Shown here piece after piece: positions 53,865 through 63,783 of a DNA stretch of 64,000 nucleotides (position 1 is its first letter; each line of letters starts with the position of its first letter). The stretch comes from Ignavibacteriota bacterium (GTDB lineage: Bacteria; Bacteroidota; Ignavibacteria; UBA10030; CAVZMI01). The notes under the pieces are model-generated. The model searched no databases. It was not told the DNA's origin and saw nothing but the letters and a program-made list of their open reading frames with translations. The stretch is taken from assembly GCA_963776275.1 (NCBI GenBank), contig CAVZMI010000021.1, positions 256,001 through 320,000 of the forward strand, in the 5' to 3' direction. Made by a program: the position numbers and the translations under genes.

Positions 53865-54927
53865 AACTATACCTCTTTGATATGGTGGATTCAAGATGGT
53901 AATAAATGATGGAAGAATTTGGAGAAGGTAAATTATTCTTACGCAACAGATCCACTGATTCCAATAATTGTTTTACAGTGACTCGATCCAGCTTCAATAC
54001 ATCACCCTTATATAGGTAATGACTACAAGCATAATGACTTTTCATTACGTGATAAGTGTTATGTGTATCTGTCATGTATTTTGTTGAATCAGACAGTAAC
54101 TCTTCATTAAAGTCGTTGATCAAAGAGACGACCTCTCCCAATCGGAAGACAACACACCATTGAAATACCGGCAACGCAATATCGAGAGGAACCGGATATG
54201 GACTGGATGCTTCAATATATTGCCGCCCAACGTCAAGATCAAGAATAGCACTTCCATCGGTAGAGTTTTTAATATCTCCCATATTATAAAACATTAAAAC
54301 ACCACGGTCGGCAGGAGGCACTCCTGTTTGTTCTGGTTGCGCTAATTGATGAAGTCGTAGTGTTACAGAAAGTTTAATATTATCTTTGTCCAGAATATTT
54401 TTTAAGGTTCGCAGAAGCATGAAATAGTTATCTTTACTCTTGGTTGTCCAATCGCAATCTATTTGAATTTCCTTAATGTTTCTAATTTTTAGATCCTTGG
54501 TGATTGAATAGACCTTACGCAGAATGTTCCCCACCAAGATGGGGACAGAGTGTCTTTCAATATGCACCATTGTTCTATTCGTTATAAAAACGGTAGGTAT
54601 TATCTCGATAGAATTCGGAACAGAAGATTGTACAATAAGGGGTGCAACTGGTTCAGGAGCTTTAGAATGAGGATTCCAATCGATATCGAAATATCGAACA
54701 TACAATTTACAAATATAAAGAGAATCTATAATGGATGTTTCCTTCTCACCTAGGAAAAAATTGGTTTGCCAATAATAGAACGCCGGAGTGATTCTATTCT
54801 GTTCTTCCTTCTTTTTACAGCCACCAACGGTAAAAAAAAATAATAAAAGAAAGATATAGTATCGATGTCGAGGACGGTGTCTCGTGGTAATCTCCTTGGA
54901 GTATATTATACGAAAACATACTAACAT
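53827..54927 (-). CDS. Hypothetical lipoprotein with GH18-like/DUF3142-like TIM-barrel motifs
   Basis: Lipobox VGGC; AFYYWQT, LYVRYFDI, EIQIDCDWT, LSVTLRLHQ, PPADRGVLMFYN, LDIALPVF.W. Confidence 0.65.
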   Translation of the reverse strand: MLVCFRIIYSKEITTRHRPRHRYYIFLLLFFFTVGGCKKKEEQNRITPAFYYWQTNFFLGEKETSIIDSLYICKLYVRYFDIDWNPHSKAPEPVAPLIVQSSVPNSIEIIPTVFITNRTMVHIERHSVPILVGNILRKVYSITKDLKIRNIKEIQIDCDWTTKSKDNYFMLLRTLKNILDKDNIKLSVTLRLHQLAQPEQTGVPPADRGVLMFYNMGDIKNSTDGSAILDLDVGRQYIEASSPYPVPLDIALPVFQWCVVFRLGEVVSLINDFNEELLSDSTKYMTDTHNTYHVMKSHYACSHYLYKGDVLKLDRVTVKQLLESVDLLRKNNLPSPNSSIIYYHLESTISKRYSYEDLHRIVTAFN

Positions 54928-55091
54928 ATAAATCTAATTTCAACAAGAATTATAGCCTTCGGGTACAAGCCAGTTGCCGAGATTGATACCGCGTAAAAGA
55001 ATTTCCTGACCATCCCTATCGACTATCACTGTACCGGAGGCTCGCAGTCCTGAAAAGTGTGATTGCGCGAAAATCATCCACAGCAATTTTG

Positions 55092-55207
55092 AATTGTGAC
55101 CTGTCCGCCGTAGTGAAACAAAGGCGGAGTTTTTACCTGTCCGCCAAAGTTCGTTTTGTGAACGCAGGCGGAAGTAGAACGAAGGCGGGATCCCGACAAC
55201 TTCGGGA
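55092..55207. repeat. Nested REP-like palindrome cluster, copy 2
   Basis: AATTGTGACCTGTCCGCCGTAGTGAAACAAAGGCGGA, a second CCTGTCCGCC...AGGCGGA unit and TCCCGA/TCGGGA hairpin. Confidence 0.75.
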
Positions 55208-55314
55208 GCAAGCGGAATGATGGGTGTAATTTAAAAGGACATCTGGATATACAACCTTGAACGTCAGACTTCCGCCTAAAAAAATGAAAGACAGTAAAGT
55301 CCGTGGCTATTTTT

Positions 55315-58300
55315 CTATTTCATAAGCACCATCGGCTTACTTGATCGGTGTCCCCCTGATTCCAACACTGCCAGATAAATTCCGCTGGGAAGTCTTGACG
55401 CTAGAAAATTCTCCTCATATACTCTTCCGGCTTCGGCAATTCCATTGAAAAGAACGGCAATTTCCTGTCCCAGGATGTTGAAAACCTTCAATGTTGCATA
55501 CCCTTTCTCGGCCAGTGTAAAGTCTATCGTTGTGTTGGGATTAAAAGGATTAGGATAATTATTGTAAAGAACGAACCTCTCGGGCAGTTCATTAGTAGCT
55601 ATTATATTTGAAGTTGCTCCATAAATTTCAATTTCATAGAGAGAGTATCCCCATGGCGAAGCTCGTTGTATCCCCAGCATCCGTACAAAATGTGTCTGTG
55701 CTCCGACGGATATTTTATCCGTTCCACCATCACCATTCATAAAATGTACAACATCCATCCATCCCGACATATCATCGGAAATCTGGAGATAATACTCTTT
55801 TGCGTACGTCCCCCCCCAATGTAATACAACGTTATCGATATACACCTTCGCACCGAGATCGACGATAATGAATTGCGGATCGCTATATGTGGATGACCAT
55901 TGTGTATCCATATTACCATCAACGGCATTGGCACCTTCAAGTCCGGTTCGCCTGAAAGATGATACTGTCACCGGTTTATGTAAAGCAAGATTATGCGGCG
56001 GCTCAGGATACACTGTAAATTGCGCAGAGAGAATTGTTAGTCTCCACGCATTCATCCACTGCATTATCAGGATCAACGGTTGCTTCAACCTCGTACGTAC
56101 CGATTTCAGCCAACGTCCATGTATTGACGCTTTGAGGACCATGGCTGCCGCTGATCAGAACCATTCCACATGCAGGTATCGGTCATGCGATTTCGTCTGA
56201 CCAACTTACGATCTGACCGTTAACATTGAATGTCATCTTGAATGCCTGACCTGCCGGTGTCGGTGCGCTTCCCTGATTTTTCACTGTCGCATAGAAAGCA
56301 ACTTGTTGCCCGGGTAGTGGATACGGCGGCACCATTCTTATATTCGTGATAAGTAGATCAGGTTTCCGCGGATTGTTTCGCACATCGAAGTGATCCGAGA
56401 GAGGTAGATTATCGGACGAGCCTCCGATACGTACTGTATACTGTCCTGTCTCGACCTCATACGTATCGCTTATTTCATTATAATAATATAACTCATCCGC
56501 AGTCAGTGTAAGTTCTACCGTTGTGGTCTGCCCGGGATTGATATTCACCCGTTTAAAGCCTTTAAGCTCCTTCACAGCCATCGGTACAGACGTTTCAGGT
56601 TTGCTTAAATAAAGCTGAACTACTTCATCCCCACTCCGAGCGCCTGTATTTGTTACATCCACCTCTACTGTCACCGGTTCTCCGGGTGCTACAGATGCCG
56701 GGGATATCCTCAGATTGCTGTATGAAAATGTTGTATAGCTGAGTCCGTACCCAAAAGCAAACTGCGGCACATATCCCATCTTGTCGTACCACCGGTATCC
56801 GCAGCCGTAGTCATCATTCAGGTCATCATTCCATGCAGGAAGCTGTGCGTCATTTATTGGCATTGTAACCGGCATTTTACCACCAGGATTATAATCGCCA
56901 AAGAGTACATCGGCGAGCGCATTGCCCCCTTCCTGTCCGGGATAGAACGCATAAATTAATCCTTCGATCGAATTGATACAGCGATTGAGACTGCAGACTC
57001 CGCCGCTGAAAATAGTAACGACAAGATTGGGATTGACGGCTGCGAGTGCATTAATGAGATCCTGTTGCTTGCCTGGCAGGCTTGTCGAGCCGCCAGAACG
57101 GTCAGCTCCTTCTCCTTCCTGACTCGGATCAAGTCCGCCGCAGAAAACGACAACATCCGCACTCTGTGCATAACTCACAGCAACAGCAAATCCGGTTGTA
57201 TCGGCACTATTTATATCGCATCCCTTTGTATAGAGCACCTTCTCTGCCCCGATTTTATTTTCTGTCCCTTGTCGTGGGCTGATACTATAATACGGAGTGA
57301 CATACGCACTTCCAGTCCCATCGATTTGAGCAACAGCAGCACTTGGTCCGACGAGTGCAACCTTGGTAATAGATTTGTTCAGCGGTAAGATATTATTCTG
57401 GTTCTTGAGAAGAACCAGTGACTTCTGTCCGGCTTCGAGACACAACTGTTGATGTGCCGCGCAGTTGACATCGTCAGCATTGCCCGGCGGTTGATAATCA
57501 AGCATACCGGCAAAGATTTTCGTTCGCAGCACACGACGGACAGCGTTATCGATCACTGAGTCTGGAACTGCACCGCTGCTCACGAGTCCGGGTAGATCGT
57601 TCCCATATTTATCTGAGCCCATACAAATATCGCAGCCGGCTTTGATAGCTAAATCTGAATGAACGATGGAACCCCAGTCGGAAACTACATAGAACGGAAA
57701 TCCCCATTGTGTGCGCAGAATAGAAGTCAGTAGAGTGGGATTCTCAGCACAATATTGGCCGTTAATAAGATTATAAGCATTCATCACGCACATCGCGCCG
57801 CCTTGTTGAACCGCCGTACGGAAGGCAAGCCCTGCCGGTTCGTTGAGTACACGCCGTGCCGCAATGATATTGTTTGTTGTCCGGCCATTCTCACGGTGGT
57901 TGGCATTATAATGCTTGACCGTCGCGATGCACGGTGTCGATTGGATACCTTTAACAACTGCCGTCGTGGTTCGTGCGCAGAGGTAAGGATCTTCACCTCC
58001 TGTTTCCGGACTTCGTCCGTTCCGCGGATCGCGATCGATATCGAGGCATGGTCCGAGGGCCTGGTGTTTTCCTTTACCACGGAATTCCTTCCCCATAGCC
58101 ACACCGATTTGCTGGGCGAGGTCGATATCCCACATCGAAGCCATTCCGATACCAACGGGGAAGCTTGTCGCCATTCCGTCACGGACACCATGCGGCCCAT
58201 CCGCCATGATAAAACCGGGGATTCCAAGGCGGGCGTTATTTGGTGTATTAAATGCACCTTCCTGATGGAGCTGCAGTAACTTTTCCTGCATCGGCATCTG

Positions 58301-58414
58301 GTCGAGCAGTGTGTCGATTCTTGCTTCAACCGTCTGTGCGGCGGTTTGCATAAAAGCAAGTCCGAGAAAAACTGGAATAATCAATACTCTGATTAAGGTA
58401 TAATATATATTCAT
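55315..58414 (-). CDS. GH3 beta-glucosidase with Fn3, CARDB, CBM32 and T9SS CTD (in-frame TGA at 56183-56185, frame break near 56030)
   Basis: DGPHGVR, RDPRNGR..E..GEDP, KHY, VVSDWG, FGYGLSYTTF; reading through TGA gives the rest of CARDB (ATVDPDNAVDECVETNN), then an F5/8C domain and NYPNPFNP. Confidence 0.9.
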
Positions 58415-58739
58415 TCTTCTCTCCGCATATACATTTGTTATCTTATAATATTATACAAAATTATGAAGAAAAAAATCTATGTTGAGCCAGACTTACCATA
58501 ATAATATCCCTCCAGAAACGTTATATAAATCTATATATAGACCGATATCAACCTGCAAATTCCTGGGATCAGACGGTAGAACGACATGGTATATGATATT
58601 TTCCTGTCGGATGATGAAGATGGAATTCGCCTATAAAATGACGGGAGTCCATCTTGTATGAGTACGGAGGCAAAGTGAAAAAGTTATGGTTGACATGGAT
58701 AGGAAAATACACCGTATTAAGGTTTCGGAATAGTGATAG

Positions 58740-58771
58740 AAAACCCACAGCGGTTTAGCTGTGGGTTTTTT
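58740..58771. terminator. Bidirectional rho-independent terminator ending the pilin-like operon
   Basis: AAAACCCACAGC-GGTTTA-GCTGTGGGTTTT perfect stem flanked by A/T tracts. Confidence 0.8.
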
Positions 58772-58813
58772 GTCGCGGCCTCTCTTCCGCCTTGATAAGT
58801 TGTTCGAAGCGAT

Positions 58814-59152
58814 CTATTCAGAAACCGTGAATACGAGAGTACGATTCACGGGGGTAGTATTCTCTGAAATTTGTTGATTTTTTTTGCGGTCGCTTGATTC
58901 AATTCCTGTACTGAGATTTTCTATTGTTGAAGACACTTTACTCGTCGTTACGACATTATCGATTCCAGATTGAACGTTCATTGCAATGCCAGTTCCTGCA
59001 GGTGATGTTGTATCGAGAGATGCGGTCACTTTCGGCGCCGATATTTTTACGCTAAAAGTAATTACCTGACAAGCATGGCTTGTGGTCTGTGCATTGATTA
59101 CATCTATCATAGAGACAAGCACCATAACTCCTATCACAAATCGCCAAAACAT
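58814..59152 (-). CDS. Small exported protein, internally reduced pilin-like paralog
   Basis: Signal peptide; N-terminal QVITFSVK and C-terminal RTLVFTVSE match the termini of the neighbouring subunit (QIIVEVK, RIVTLTVTD). Confidence 0.6.
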   Translation of the reverse strand: MFWRFVIGVMVLVSMIDVINAQTTSHACQVITFSVKISAPKVTASLDTTSPAGTGIAMNVQSGIDNVVTTSKVSSTIENLSTGIESSDRKKNQQISENTTPVNRTLVFTVSE

Positions 59153-59165
59153 GGTCGTTTTCCCC

Positions 59166-59659
59166 TTAATCTGTCACTGTCAACGTTACTATTCGTGTTT
59201 CATTCTCAATTTCACCGGCACTTGCATTTGCAGCAAAAGTATAGTCGATCGTTTGATTCCTGTCGATTCCTCTTGTAACACCGGAAACAGCGGTCACAGG
59301 TGCAACTGCATCCGATATATCAACGACGCCGGCGCTGTTCCATTTCGAACTCTTGAGGTTAATCATCAATTTCGTCCCTTTTGGCATAGGATCATTAATA
59401 GAAGCGACGATTTTCATGTTATCAAGATTTGTAAGTACATTATATGTCGTGCTATTATCGTTCGATTGGGCGAATTCGGACCCTGCGGCGGGTCTTGAAT
59501 GAGGAATGAATGCGGATTCCCTGTTACATTGATTGAAGTAATCGGTTTTACCTCAACAATGATCTGCTGCTGTACGCTGGTATTATTGTGCTGAGCGTAG
59601 CAAACTCCTGCCACTAAGAAGAATAACCCCAACATCACTATCGCTCGCCGCGTTTCCAT
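59166..59659 (-). CDS. Exported all-beta fimbrial/pilin-like subunit, ~164 aa (frame break near 59485)
   Basis: ORFs 59414-59659 and 59166-59417 join via AGSEFAQSNDNSTTYNVLTNLDNMKIVAS; ends IDYTFAA...RIVTLTVTD. Confidence 0.7.
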
Positions 59660-59746
59660 TGCTTTATGCCCTCATGAAAAAAGAATCAATGATAGAAAAC
59701 AGCCTTCATTCTATATACCGCCTCAACACCATACAACGTGACAAAG

Positions 59747-59762
59747 TTCAAATAGGATGCCA
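59747..59762 (-). promoter_or_regulatory. Candidate sigma54 (-24/-12) promoter for the pilin-like genes
   Basis: Minus strand TGGCAT-CCTAT-TTGAA versus consensus TGGCAC-N5-TTGCW; palindrome TGTAG-TTT-CTACA ~110 bp upstream (59871-59883). Confidence 0.55.
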
Positions 59763-59902
59763 TCAGGATTCCGGCAAAGTTTATTGAGGGCAGCCCTGTA
59801 AACTATTTATTGATAAAGGGTTACGGGATGTGACGAGATGGTTATGTAAATAGGGAAAAAGTGGAAATGATGTAGTTTCTACAAATTGTATAAGGACAGC
59901 GC

Positions 59903-62900
59903 TTATTTCTTGCTTAGAATCATTTTTTCAATTGCCTCGGCTTCTTCACGGATTTTTAGCGAACCAACATAAACGCGGTATCGTAAACCAATTCCGGGTA
60001 CACGGACTCTTTTAAGGAATGCAGGTTTTCCTATCAATAACTTCGCCTCTCTGATACCGGCGAGTGCTCTTCTCCTCGATCTCCATGAAGACGCCTGGAC
60101 GACATAGCCGCCGCGTTTCTTATTATAACTGATAAGCGAAGGAGCCTGTGTCGGTGAAATTTGTTGAGGACGGCTTGGTTTGATTTTCTGTGTTCCTTTC
60201 TTCTCCTCGATAACTTTCTCTTCTTGAATGATGCGGATAGCGCGGTGACGTGGAAATATTTTGAATATTGCTTCCTTTCGTTCGCCAGGACGAAGCTCGA
60301 TCTCGTATGAATCCTTTTCCAAATAATGATTCTCCGGAAGCTGACCTTCGAGAAGTGTGAGTACCCACCGCCCCGGGCGGATATCCGTGAATGTCCATCG
60401 GCCCTGATTATCGCTTATGCGGCGGATTATTTCTGTTCCGTTCGAGAGTTGAAGAATAATGTCAGGCTGACCGCGGAGTTCGATAATTTCCGGGGTAAGA
60501 CTGTCTGCCTTCATTCTTTCACTGAGTCCGTAAAGAATGACAGAACCGGTAACAGAGCAGCTTCGGACTACACCAAGCGCGAATTCCGAAACTCCTCCTC
60601 CAGAGAGCAGAATTTCCATTGGCAGCGGTTTCGTTGTAACACGGCCATATCCGATACTCATCCTGTCAACCTGGAGATAATACGTTCCCGGCGGAAGACC
60701 TGGAAAACGGAAATTCCCATCATCATCTGTGAGCGCAGTCGCATCACCAATGTTCAGAAGCGCTTTCCCGACCCCCTTATTTTTCTCGACATCGACGACA
60801 CGGCCGCCGATTTCCCCCAATGATCCACTTCGACCAATCGGGATAAGAATCGGTACCGAGTACCCAGCAATAAAGGCCCGTGTCCGGCCATCGACAGCAG
60901 GCGAAACAGTACTCTGGCGACCATGGAATGAAATTATGTGTCCGAATGAAAATGTATGTTCAATGGCGAAATCAATAATTGTATATGTCTGCGTTGATGA
61001 TGAGATTGCCCTGCTTCCATAAACATTGAGAGTAAAGCGTGTCTTATCGCTTAGCTGACTCAGGAGAAACAAACTAGCTGATTGCTGTTTCTGTTCTTCG
61101 TCTGTCTCGACATTGACCTGTTTATCGTATTCGACAGTGAAATTGAGATTGTGACTATCCAGAATGCGAAAACCGGCATTCGCATAATACCGTGAGTACG
61201 GTTCGTTTTTCCCCATAAGCCTGTCTTCGACCCAGCCGATATCGGCATTAACCGAGATATTCAGCCATGAAAAATTATATCCGCTGCTGAACTGATACAT
61301 ATGATCAACCTGACTGTATTTTGAAACCGGAAGTAGATCCTCTCGTTTTGTGACCCTGTAACGAACAGAAACGAGATCGGAATAACCCAATCCAGCCTCA
61401 TAATATCGATCACGTGGAGCAATATACTGTAGAGTATCAAGATTGATATTTCGCCGTTCGTCCCTGAGGTAACCCTCAATATGGAAGAGTTTCCACGGGT
61501 AGAAAGTAATGCTGGCAGCAGTCGATCGTATATCCCGGTAATATCCGCTGTAAAGTGGACCCGCATTAATATAACGGAGATCCATATTCACAAATGACGA
61601 TTGGACATTGAATTGTCCTGCAAATGCATGATCGTTCCCCTGGGGATTTGAGCTTAATCCATATTCCACATCTACGCCTGTACTTTGGAACGGCTGGTAC
61701 AATGTCCGGAAGGAATAGATTGTGCTTTTCACCGATTCTTTTTTCTGCAGCGTATTGATGCTTATATTCAAATTATTCAGAATCCGAGCTCCGAGAAAGC
61801 CTCCGTATTGTTCAAGAGCAGGTGAATAGAATCGGGTTTTGTTATAGAATCCTCCCACCGTGATCGGTGAAATAACAATTCTTCCACCTCCTCCAAATCC
61901 ATATCTCGAAAATTCCGTCAATTGCGTGAGTGTATAAATTTGATCGCCGGCATAGAGATCAAGCTTTTCGCTCTTATAGCCGGCTCTATATTCATCCCGA
62001 TAACCAAGGACGGATTGCTCAATCGTCTGTGGAGTGCGAATAAGCAAACTGAGGATATCTTTGCCTCCATCAGAAAGGGGTGCTGAGCTTGTCAATTCAA
62101 ATTGAGTCCGATATGCCTCATCGCTCCCTGTCGGATGGATAGTAATCAACAGCGGATACCGATATATCGTGCTGCTCACATAATCAATTCTGGGTATGAT
62201 ATCCGAGACTGCCGAAGCGTGTGCAACTATAGTCGTATCAGTAACACTCGATGCATATAATTCAAGAAGGGCACGCGTCTTTACAGAAATTGAATGGCTT
62301 GTTGGGGCAATAGCTTTAATGTGACGGGTCTCGTTCGGCTTTAGTCGTATCAACGTACTGTCAACGAAGGCCGAATCGACACCGACTACTTTCGTGTGCA
62401 ATCGTATCCGGGTCAGCTCATTCCCTTTATTCACCAGGGTGAATTGCGTAATCAAGGTGTCGCCGGCGATAACATATCGCGATGCGTCTGTGAATTGAAG
62501 TTCGAGACTCCGTATAGGAAGTATTGTAATTGGAACCGACGCTTCGACTCCGAGATAGATGGCAGTCAATGATTTCAACCGATATCGGAAAGGATATTGA
62601 CCGGCTGCCGCTTCCAGCGGGATCGAGAAACTCACCAGCAGAATATCTCTCTGCATCGGCGCGAGTTCAACTCTAGTTCTTCGCATTAACGCATGCCAGC
62701 CAGCCGGGAGAAATGCTTCACCCTCGAGACGTTGTGATTGCGAAGTATTGTTTAAAATTAAAAAGCTTACAGTAATGACTTTTCCCGGTGTTGTCTCGAT
62801 CGGTGCCGTGTTCGAAGGTTGAATGATAATACCTTGCGCCCAACATAAAGTCGGCACCGCTACGGAAATCATCACCAACGTCATAATATAAAAAATCCGG

Positions 62901-62941
62901 CTTCTGTGAACCGGATAAAATATGCTCTGTAATCTTTCCAC
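59903..62941 (-). CDS. Large outer-membrane usher-like protein: N-terminal Ig domains, beta-barrel-like core, two prealbumin-like domains, C-terminal SPOR domain
   Basis: Signal peptide; two NEW3/Ig-like repeats; ~450 aa of amphipathic beta-strands; TDDDGNFRFPGLPPGTY and SDNQGRWTFTDIRPGRW; YVVQASSW...YRVYVG....EEA (SPOR). Confidence 0.65.
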   Translation of the reverse strand: MERLQSIFYPVHRSRIFYIMTLVMISVAVPTLCWAQGIIIQPSNTAPIETTPGKVITVSFLILNNTSQSQRLEGEAFLPAGWHALMRRTRVELAPMQRDILLVSFSIPLEAAAGQYPFRYRLKSLTAIYLGVEASVPITILPIRSLELQFTDASRYVIAGDTLITQFTLVNKGNELTRIRLHTKVVGVDSAFVDSTLIRLKPNETRHIKAIAPTSHSISVKTRALLELYASSVTDTTIVAHASAVSDIIPRIDYVSSTIYRYPLLITIHPTGSDEAYRTQFELTSSAPLSDGGKDILSLLIRTPQTIEQSVLGYRDEYRAGYKSEKLDLYAGDQIYTLTQLTEFSRYGFGGGGRIVISPITVGGFYNKTRFYSPALEQYGGFLGARILNNLNISINTLQKKESVKSTIYSFRTLYQPFQSTGVDVEYGLSSNPQGNDHAFAGQFNVQSSFVNMDLRYINAGPLYSGYYRDIRSTAASITFYPWKLFHIEGYLRDERRNINLDTLQYIAPRDRYYEAGLGYSDLVSVRYRVTKREDLLPVSKYSQVDHMYQFSSGYNFSWLNISVNADIGWVEDRLMGKNEPYSRYYANAGFRILDSHNLNFTVEYDKQVNVETDEEQKQQSASLFLLSQLSDKTRFTLNVYGSRAISSSTQTYTIIDFAIEHTFSFGHIISFHGRQSTVSPAVDGRTRAFIAGYSVPILIPIGRSGSLGEIGGRVVDVEKNKGVGKALLNIGDATALTDDDGNFRFPGLPPGTYYLQVDRMSIGYGRVTTKPLPMEILLSGGGVSEFALGVVRSCSVTGSVILYGLSERMKADSLTPEIIELRGQPDIILQLSNGTEIIRRISDNQGRWTFTDIRPGRWVLTLLEGQLPENHYLEKDSYEIELRPGERKEAIFKIFPRHRAIRIIQEEKVIEEKKGTQKIKPSRPQQISPTQAPSLISYNKKRGGYVVQASSWRSRRRALAGIREAKLLIGKPAFLKRVRVPGIGLRYRVYVGSLKIREEAEAIEKMILSKK

Positions 62942-62950
62942 TTTGTTAGT

Positions 62951-63772
62951 TTAGAACTTCAATGTATGCTGGGCTCCAAAGATATCAGCTCCACCGCCGT
63001 CGACAACAACCATCGCCTTATATGTACCTGACGGGATTTTGCTGAGATCAATCATTTGCCGCACCGATGTACCGGGATACATCCGGTATTTTGTCCCCAA
63101 AAATTTCCCGATAGACATTCCTTGTGCATCAAACAATTCGACATACATATCGGGCCGGAATCCGATATCACCGATGTTCTCAATATCAACCTGGAGATAA
63201 CGCTCACCCGGTTTAGGCGAGACAATTTTCGTTTCAAGAAATTTTATATCTTTTACACCCGTCTGCGCAATATGGGTGGCAATTTGGATCCCATATCTGA
63301 TCGTCTGCCGGATCCCCATTTGTGTCTTTCGTGGATCTACCGGAGCCGAAGATTCACCCGAGCCTTTCGGGATCGCTTCGACCATTATCATGCTCCAGTA
63401 TGTTCCGATTAGTTTTTTCGTCTCACTGTTTTGAGGAACCATGAGGGTATAACTGACCGACATTGTTCTCTGCGGTGGTACTGTCACATACGATGGACTG
63501 AATGTGATCCATTTTGCATTCGAGCGGGCTTGCAAGCCGGGTTCACCATAATTATTGGTTCCATCATACCGGAAGGTGTAATCGGTCTGATAAATTTTTG
63601 CTTCCTGCGGTTCATTACTGTCATTCTTGATAAGTATTGAACCTTCATATTTCGCACCCGGTTGGGCTTCACGGTCATGACTGAGATCGCCGATGATGGA
63701 AATTTGTGCGACGCAGATTTGAATTACAAGGATGTAAAGCAATAAAAATACGAAAATGATTCGTTTTCTCAT
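62951..63772 (-). CDS. Periplasmic two-Ig-domain protein, PapD/DUF916-like chaperone candidate
   Basis: Signal peptide; ILIKNDSNEPQEAKIYQTDY, RSNAKWITFSP, GTYWSMIMVE, IENIGD, RMYPGTS, GTYKAMVVVDGG. Confidence 0.65.
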   Translation of the reverse strand: MRKRIIFVFLLLYILVIQICVAQISIIGDLSHDREAQPGAKYEGSILIKNDSNEPQEAKIYQTDYTFRYDGTNNYGEPGLQARSNAKWITFSPSYVTVPPQRTMSVSYTLMVPQNSETKKLIGTYWSMIMVEAIPKGSGESSAPVDPRKTQMGIRQTIRYGIQIATHIAQTGVKDIKFLETKIVSPKPGERYLQVDIENIGDIGFRPDMYVELFDAQGMSIGKFLGTKYRMYPGTSVRQMIDLSKIPSGTYKAMVVVDGGGADIFGAQHTLKF

Positions 63773-63783
63773 ACGACATCCTT

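Noticed and set aside
56183-56185. In-frame TGA in GH3 as selenocysteine or recoded stop
   Set aside because: Non-catalytic position in a CARDB domain; TGACC is one base from GGACC, the error-prone motif; other genes here use TGA as a normal stop
3887-59659. Mass pseudogenisation or programmed frameshifting of the split genes
   Set aside because: Each break is a single small indel or substitution in otherwise undecayed genes, with no slippery heptamers, and most share a GGNCC context; sequencing error is the simpler explanation
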